Part shown: piece by piece, positions 54,860-64,000 of the stretch
Position numbering within the stretch: position 1 is the first letter of the stretch
Layout of the letters: each line of letters opens with the position of its first letter
Source: Camelus dromedarius
Taxonomy: Eukaryota
Length of the DNA stretch: 64,000 bases
Direction: 5' to 3'
Assembly (NCBI RefSeq): GCF_036321535.1
Contig: NC_087436.1
Span: forward strand, 122,762,001 to 122,826,000
Notes under the pieces: model-generated
What the model saw: the letters and a program-made list of their open reading frames with translations, nothing else
The model's database searches: none
Told to the model about the DNA's origin: nothing
Position numbers and translations under genes: made by a program

Positions 54860-54897
54860 TGAGCTGATGGTCGGCAGGGCGGGCCTAGCTGGGGTGA

Positions 54898-55188
<291 letters not shown>

Positions 55189-55575
55189 TAGCCTCATGGC
55201 CGCAGGGCCTCACAGTGCTGAGGGAGTGGGGCCCCGGTGCCTGCGAGAGGTCTCCAGGCCTGGCCTTGGGCAGCTGGGGTCCAAGGACACGGAAGGACTC
55301 TCAGCCTGAGATCCCACATTGGGCAGACTTTCCTCCCAGGGCCCCAGCCAGGTCTCAAGAGACTGGGAGGCCAATGCCTGGGCCAGGGAGGCTCTCAGTC
55401 CCCTGCGCCTCCTGGAGAGGGAAGGGGCTCAGGCATCCTGCGGAGTGCCCAGGGCCACAGTGGCCAGGCTTTGCCTGGGGGCATGAGGCAGCTGGCCACG
55501 TGTGGTCACGCACAGGGGCTCCACAGCCGAGACACACTTGTGGGTCTGCAGCCCTGGAGAGCACAGAAGTGCTGA

Positions 55576-55944
<369 letters not shown>

Positions 55945-56178
55945 TGACCCACCCAGGGCTGGCCGATGTCTAGGCCCCAGCAGACCCCTGAGCCCCAGGC
56001 CCCGGCCATGTTTGTGACGCCCACTCACCATCGCCTCTGGGAGTTTCAGCATGTGTGTCTTTCTTTCTCATCTTTTGAAAAGTCAGATATACTTGTAAGC
56101 TTTCAAGGCTGGGCCCTGTCCGCCTGTCTCTGAAATCCCAGACCAAGCCAGCAGGGTTGGGGGCCATCAGTGAGCTGA

Positions 56179-56526
<348 letters not shown>

Positions 56527-56529
56527 TGA

Positions 56530-56901
<372 letters not shown>

Positions 56902-57572
56902 CCCGGGCGGAGCGCTGCGCCCTCGGACAGGCGTGTGCGCCCTCAGCGGCCACGGCACTCCTGAGACTGTCCGGGCGCCGGGCCTGCGAGGTGGCCCGGC
57001 CTCCCCGCGTCGACTGTAGTTGTCCCGCCCCGAGGGGCCGCTGCCCTGTGTCCTTTGCGTCCTCGTTAAAGCAAAAGAAGTTAGTAGTTAATTCTATCAT
57101 GAATGTTCCGTCTGTGTACAGTCCAGAGCGTTACAGAGGATCTGTTTGCTTAGCTGTCGGCCGGCGGGAACCGGGGGCTCCGTCCAGCCGGCTTCACAGC
57201 GGTTCCCTCTGTGTGTGGAGCGCGCCCCTAGCAGGCAGTTGGCAAACTTCTCAGGACAATGACTCCTTCCCTCTTTCTTTTCATGCCACACAGTGCATTG
57301 TTTTTTCTACCTGCTTGTCTTATTTTTAGAATAATTTAGAAAAACAAAACAAAGGCTGTTTTTCCTAATTTTGGCATGAACCCCCTTGTTCCAAACGAAG
57401 GCGGCCTCGCGAGGCGGCTGGAGAGGAGAGCGCGGGGCCGTGGCGTCTGTCCCTGAGCCGCGAGGGCGCAGCGCCCGGCCCACGGGTGCCGTCCTGCTGA
57501 TGTGGTAGCTAGCAATATTTTGGTTAAAATCATGTTTGTGACTGTAACCATTTGTATGAATTATTTTAAAGA

Positions 57573-57578
57573 AATAAA
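57573..57578 (+). terminator. CTBP1: CTBP1 polyadenylation signal
   Basis: AATAAA about 670 nt after the stop, with U-rich/UGUA sequence upstream and GT/T-rich sequence downstream (ggtgtctgttttag). Confidence 0.85.
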
Positions 57579-58399
57579 AATCCCAGAAAGAGCTGGCACG
57601 CTCGGTGTCTGTTTTAGTGGCTCTGTCCACCGGGGACTCTGGTAGGTCTCAGTCCTGGCTCTGGTGGCCTTGGGAGGCTGGAGTGGGGAGACCCAGGGAC
57701 AGTGACCAAGGGTCCTGGCCAGAAGCTGCGTGCTGGCAGGGGCAGGTGGTGTGGGTCTGGGTGAGGACGCACCCTGCCCAGCGCTCCCCCTCCGGCCAGC
57801 CCGGCACCTGGGAAGGCAGAAGCCCGGGCCCTGCGGGTGATGGCTGGGCGGGCTGCAGACTCCGGCCCCACGGCTTAAGGCACCTGCCCCTGCAGCGCAG
57901 GTTGACCCTGCTCTCTTCAAACCCCCGCCTCCCAGCCCTCGGAGCCCTGCTGGCGGCGCACCGGGATCGCACCTGCGGAGCTGTGCTCGCCCGCAGCCTC
58001 CCGGCAGACCAGGGCCCTGGTCCCGGGCCAGGTCCTCCAGCTCTGCTCCCCTTAGGTTCTGTGCTCCTGCGGCTCATCCCTTAGTGGTCCCACTGTGAGG
58101 AGCACAGCCTACAGAAACCTGCTTACGGGGAACTTCCGGAGAAAATGCCCCCATGTTGCCACATCCTGTCTGGGCATGGGGCCGGGCACGGTTCCAGGCG
58201 TGGAGCTGTTCTCCGACTTCACGCGGCGTCGGTCCCGTTGCCGCCTCCCCGGCCGCCCTCCTTCAGGCTCGGGTCCGCCTGCGGTTCTGCCTTTCTCTGT
58301 GCTTCCAGAACTCTGTCCACTTCATGTCTTTACTTAATTCTGGAAAGTCTCAGCCGTTCTGACTTCAGTTGTCTCCGCTCCCTCTCCCTCCAGAATCCG

Positions 58400-59050
58400 A
58401 ATGACAGTGAAAGTACAGCACATGGAAACTGGATGATGGTAGACTGAAGGCTTAAGCTCCAAGTTTAGAGAAGAATAAAGGCTTGACATTAGGCTAAATC
58501 TATATGTATCTTGAGCAACTAGAAAAATGATAAAATTTTAAATCACAGATGGAGGTAAATAATAAATGTATGAGTGGAACTAGTCAAATGGAACACACAC
58601 AGTAGAGTATTAAGTTCAACAGTTGGTTCTTTTAAAGTTAATAAAATTGATAAAAGTCAGATAAATGAAAGTAAGACAAAGAGGTTGTTACAGCACCCAA
58701 GGTCACTGAAGTGACAAAGAAAGGGATGAACCACCGTCTCGTGAGAATTCAGAAGAAATGGAAAAAACCACACGTGGTAAAACGGATACAAAGTAACAGG
58801 TCTGAATTGCTCTGTAACTTCAAGAAACTGAACTTAAAAAAAACCTCCTCAAAGAGAATTACAGTTGGCTTCAATGGTTACAATCCTAACGGATATTGAA
58901 AGAAAGAGACTAATTTCCCGCAGACTCCAGAGAACAGAAAGCACACAGGTTCCAGTCATCTTATGAGACTACATCAACTCTGATTCTTACGAGATTACAT
59001 CAACTCTGATACATCACTTCTGAAAGAAAAGACGATACAGAATCATCGTG
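58400..59050 (+). mobile_element. Ancient LINE-1 ORF2 fragment downstream of CTBP1
   Basis: AT-rich island; gagcaactagaaaaa...cagttggttcttttaaagttaataaaattgataaa...ccagagaacagaaag. Confidence 0.6.
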
Positions 59051-62000
59051 GAGCGTGTGCACCCATGGGGGTGGCCCCTGCAGCAAGTGCCCGTGCAGCG
59101 GGGTTGGGGGCTGCGTGCAGACCAGGCGCCCGGGCCCGCCCTCAGGACCAAGGCCTTCATTCCTCGGCCACCGGGGAGGTGGCTGGCATGGCTCCCGGCT
59201 GGGCCCACACTGGGTGAAACTGGCACCAGAGCTGCCGCTGTGACTCCACTGAGGACAGTTGTGAAGGTCGTCCGCCTGGGCTCTGAGTGCCCGTGGACAC
59301 CCCCACCACCACTCGGTGCCTCCGTGGTGAGGCAGCCGCGTGTGGACACTGGCCCTGGAGTCTGTTCCCTGGGGTCCAGTTGTCACCCGGTTCCCAGCAC
59401 CCCCACCCTGCTTACCCCAACAGAAATGCAGGCGTGCAGGGAGTGAGAGTGTCATCGGGGGTCTTGACAGCCGCTTCATCATAACGACCCAAACAGGGAC
59501 TTCCCTGTCCATCAGCGCTGGACTGGACTAGTCCGTTTTCACAGACACGGGGCCCCGCACGACTGGGCGGGAGGGAAGGAGCCGGGCCCGGGATGTGTGC
59601 AGAGCCTGCGTGGGGGCAGCCGCTCTGTGGCGGTCGTGGGTGGGGGGGGGGTCCAGTGACGGCTGGAGAGGCTTTATTTCCCGGGGCCCTGGCTCCACGC
59701 TGTCCGGCTGGCCCCAAGTCCCCACAGTCGCCAGTGGAGGCTTCCTGCCAGTTTGTGCTCCCACCACCATGGCCTCAGGGGAGCTGCTCCTGGCCGGGAT
59801 GCTGTTGTCACCTGTCCCCCAGATTTCAGGGTGCTGGTTTGCCTCATGGCCTCGGTTCTGGAACGGGCCCAGGAGAAGCTGTTGAATCTTCCTCGTTGCC
59901 AGGACAGGAGTGATTTGGGCTCCTTACAAGTCAGAGCTGGAACCACGCTTTAACTTGAGCCGTTTCTGCTCTCATGTCCTTTGCAGAAGCCTGAGCTTCA
60001 GGAGGGCGCACTTTGTTTTGTGCTCTGCTGAGTGCCGGCTGTGGGGGTGCTATTTGCCTGGTGAGGACCTGAATGGTGCAGTGAACCTGGGCCGTTTCCC
60101 CAGACGGGAGGCACACGTTGGCCCTGGGACCTCCCTGTGTTGGTGGCCATATTTTCTGACCCCATAACCCCTTCTTCATGGGTTTTCACCCTCATTTTGC
60201 TGAAGCACATCCTGCAGTAGCTTCCTGAGAATGGGCTTGGGGAGCCGACTTGTAAAACCTCATGTGTCTGAAATAACCCTCCTCTCAGCTGCACCCTGAC
60301 TGATGTTGAGGCTGGGGCATGAGGCAGTGAGCAGGGCCCCAGGGGTTCCAGGACCCCCTCCCCAGGCTCCCCTTCCAGCTGGATGGAACCTCTCTGGAAC
60401 TGCTTTTCCTTAAGGTCTCCTGTCCCCAGAGGGGCCTGAGCGCAGCACCCTGGGATAGGGGTTGGGGAGGCTCGCTGGGGCTCCTTGGGCAAACAGGCGT
60501 GGCCGCTCTGCAAGCGGGTGGGACAGAGTCCCGGACCCCAGCACAACCGCTGGGGTGAGGCTCAGGACTGGTGCCCACTGCAGACCACCTCGCAAGGGTG
60601 ACAGCTAGGATGGCACTGCCCCCGGGGTGCGGGGCTCGCCCTGGGGAGCCCCCTCCCTGGCCTTCTCCTGCTCTGACCAGTGGCCAGTTCTGGGCCTCAC
60701 GGCCCCTCCCCGGCACTCGCTCTGAGGCCCCTGACCCCCCCACCATCTTTAAAGAGTAACTCTCCTGTCTCCTTTATGCTAGCCCCATGCCTCCTGACCC
60801 GGTATCTGGTTTCGGGGGGCTGCTGGACAGCACCCAATCGGAGTGCCCTGCACGCCTGGCTTCTGTCCCCCAGCTCCTGCAGAAGTCACTGGCAGGTGTG
60901 GCTAGTGGCCTGTGGTCTCAAGGCTGACTCCACAGATGGCCTCTGTGACATGTCACTTCCTCATGGAGCAGCCCACATTGGCTCCAGATCCCAAGTCAGG
61001 ATCCCAAGGCTCCCGAGCCCTGCACCTGGTCCTCTGGATCCCCCACAGGCTCCCACCCTGGGCAGGAGCCCCTCATCCCCCACCCCCAGCAACCAGAGAG
61101 GCCTCTGTCCTGCCCTGCCTGGCCCCCCAGCAGCCAAGAGACCTGGCGAGCCCGGAGGTGGTGGACCTCAGTGGGGAGGGGTGGGTTCTGGCTGTGTTTG
61201 GCAAAAGCAGGTGTCGGCTTTGCTGGTACCAGGGTCCGGGTGCTGCAGGAGGGGGCAGTGGAGGCGACTCCAAGGGTCTTGGGCGCAGGCTGGAAGGAGG
61301 TAGGGGCTGCAGAGGAGGGCGGTGGAACCCCACTCTGACAAGGGAGGCCGGAGGCCCGCTCAGCACCCAGGGCAGCACCTCCACACAGCACCCCTCACTG
61401 CCCGGGACCCTGAGCAAGTCCTGCCCTCGCAGCTGGCATGTCCCTCTGGGAAGCCAAGGTCACAGAGTTTAGACTGGGGGCACAGCCATGGCTATAAGGA
61501 GGAGCTTGAGGTGAGCGGTCTGGACATTGGGAGGGAGGAGACCAACCTGCTGACAGCTGCCGACAGCCATTGGTACAGAAAACCCAGTCGCAAACCACAA
61601 GATCAAGCTTCCCACCCACAGCGCTGCAGGCAGCCCGAGGCCCATGGAGAGCAGGGCAAGGAATGGTCCTCAGACAGGCGCACGAGCAGGTCCACCGTCT
61701 TCATGCATTTTCTCAAGACACCGACTGCGACCTGCACTGACTCCAGAGTGAACCTCAGGGGTGGACACTCGGCCCTCCGGACCAGCACGCCGGTGTCCGG
61801 CGAGGAGTGGGTTAACTCTGCAGATTAACACGGGGGTTCACTGCACCCCAGTCAGGATTCCAGTTGTTCATGGTCAGCAAATTCTTATCTCCACATGTAT
61901 GTGGAATAGCAAGGGTCTGTGGATTCGGGATTATGAAACTTTAAGGCACATTAAAAAGCAGATGCGATGACAGAGACAGAGACGGGGCCGGCAGTCGAGA

Positions 62001-63502
62001 AGCCAGTCTGGCGCCTGCGCGTAAGCCTGCACCAGTCCCGGGAGAGCGCCGCCCCTTTGTGGAGGGCCGCTCCTCCCCGCGGGCGGGTGTGGGGGCTTCT
62101 TCCATGGCAGAGCTGTGAGAGCACAAGCCGTCCCGCGCAGATCGGCGCGGCCCTGTGGCCGGCTCCATCCGAGGAGGGTCCGGGGTGATGGAGGGGCAGG
62201 GCACCTCCCACCGGTGGTTCAGAGCAAAGAGGATCCCTGGCGCAGGAGTCCAGGGCCAAGGTCGGACTGTGACCCGCTGCAGGCCCGGATGTCCAGCCAC
62301 CCCACTTCCATCAAGGCTGCCCCCTCTTTGGTCCTTTGAGGACCCCAACGGTGGCTGCCCTCAGCCCTCTGCCCACTATCTGGAGACTCAGGGCCATGGG
62401 GATGGTTTTGCTCTGCCTCCTCCTCTTTGGGCCCAGAAGAGGCTCAGAGGAGGCGGGAAGAGGCATCAGGTCTGCATCTGCCAGAGCACCGGCCACACCA
62501 CCCCCAGTTGCTCTGGGCCAGGGCCCAGCTGGATTTGCAAAACTGGTTTTCCAGTAAAAGCAGCATCGGGGAGAAGCACTGAGAAGGGGCAGCTGCATGG
62601 CCCCTCCGGTCGGCCTGCCCCAAGCAGCCGGGCTCCCCTTCTAAAGGAAAACATCTGGTCCTCTGGGCCTCTGCCCAGCACCCGGTGGAGGACCTCAGGC
62701 CTCCATGACCAGCTCCACTCCCGGGCCGCCCCGCAGGCCTCTCCCCTGGTGCACAGCATGGGGCCCTGGCCACCTACCTCGCCCGGCAGCCCTGGCAGGG
62801 ACGCTTCAGCATGGCCAGTGTTCCTCCCAGTCCCCGTCCCCGTCCCTTGTTCTCAGGCCCAAAGCACCGAGGCCCAGGTGCAAGTCCACCTCTGCTCCTA
62901 GTCTTTTCCCAGACCCGCCGGCTGCCCCCACAGTCCACCTCCAACAGTGGCCAGAGGGGATTAAAGGACGACTCTGGCGGCATCACTCGACAGCTGGGAA
63001 GCATCTCTAGAGGAGCAGAAAGACAGGGTGCGGGTGCGGGGCCCCGCCCACAGCTGCCGGAGCTTCCGGGGCCCCTCTCCCCAGAGCACTGAAGCCACCC
63101 TGCCTCTTCCCTTCCGCAGGGGCTGTGGACTCTGCTTTTTTTTTTAACTCATCAATGCCCCTGGTGACGTCTGCTTGGGGCTCCAGGGGAGACGAGTCAC
63201 TGTTAATTTCCCCGGCCCCTCCTCAGCCCTTCCCACCTCCTGCTGTCGCAAACACTGCAGCCTGTGCCTTGTCCTTGGGGCATTGTCCTGGGGGAACAGT
63301 CTTGCAGAGTGGATTCCCAGGTGTGGAACAGCTAATCCAAGACACACAGCCATGTAATCTGGGGAGGCATTCCCCAGCTGGCCATTATACACTCCTAACC
63401 TCATGAGAGCGCTGCTCCCCGACAGCCACCCAGACCCTGGGAGTCACCAGACTTCACAATTCTTGTCGCCGCAGCAGTGAGAGACCGCACCTCTGTCTCG
63501 CT

Positions 63503-63504
63503 GT

Positions 63505-63535
<31 letters not shown>

Positions 63536-63546
63536 AGTGTGTGTGT
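63503..63546. repeat. (TG)n microsatellite
   Basis: About 22 TG units with two interruptions. Confidence 0.95.
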
Positions 63547-64000
63547 CTGGCACCAGAGAGGCTGCAGACCGCCCAGGTCTCTGCGTCCTAGGGTTGTCTT
63601 TGCTTACTTTCTAGTTGGGAAACTGCGGCTGCTCCTTCTCCCCAACTTGCAGGACTCTTTGCAGATGAAGGGACTGGACTTTCATCCGGTTTCCGCACTG
63701 GCTGTGTGTTTGTTCACGTACATGTTTACCGACTTTCCACTGGAGGGTCGGCCCCAGGACCTTGGCCTTAATTCCCGGAGCAGGACGTCCTCTTCACCCG
63801 GGAGCCTGCCCCCAGGTTCCCCAGCCCCCATGCACACTGCCTCCTGGAGCCTGTCCCACCCAGACCCGGAGCCCAGGCTCAGATGAGACTCTCCTTGCCC
63901 CGTGCCCATGAGCACTTGCAGTCTGCCAGGGATGGAGGCCGGGGCAGGCCCAGATGGAGAGGCTGGTGTGCCCCCTGGTCCCCCGGCAGCCCCGGCAGGC

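Noticed and set aside
57000..60000. Possible CTBP1-AS antisense lncRNA and downstream SPON2 exons expected from human synteny
   Set aside because: No diagnostic sequence for the lncRNA, and no spondin-2 peptide recognised in the ORF track up to the window end.

Overview
Mammalian genomic DNA, probably camelid (two Vic-1-type tRNA-derived SINEs). The right half holds the complete CTBP1 gene on the + strand: nine coding exons (33703-56901, 1323 nt, 440 aa, all GT-AG), a CpG-island promoter, the alternative exon carrying the CtBP1-S start (ATG at 41799), a CAGCAG tandem acceptor on the last exon and AATAAA at 57573. The left 32 kb is repeat-rich: L1 fragments, MaLR/ERV LTRs (two with intact 4-bp TSDs), an ERV 5' end with a perfect tRNA-Leu primer-binding site, a 13-copy ~30-bp minisatellite and an orphan CpG island. 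The three most interesting non-routine signals are (1) a decayed, intronless minus-strand TANGO1/MIA3-cTAGE-like reading frame at ~16.9-18.6 kb, lying downstream of a nested LTR with an intact TATA/CCAAT/octamer promoter; (2) an apparently frameshifted orthologue of the human CTBP1-DT microprotein DDUP at ~30.2-31.1 kb; and (3) five GCAGGTGC E2-boxes just upstream of CTBP1. Protein comparisons use reference sequences recalled from memory and need confirming by alignment. Most ORFs in the track are GC-content artefacts.
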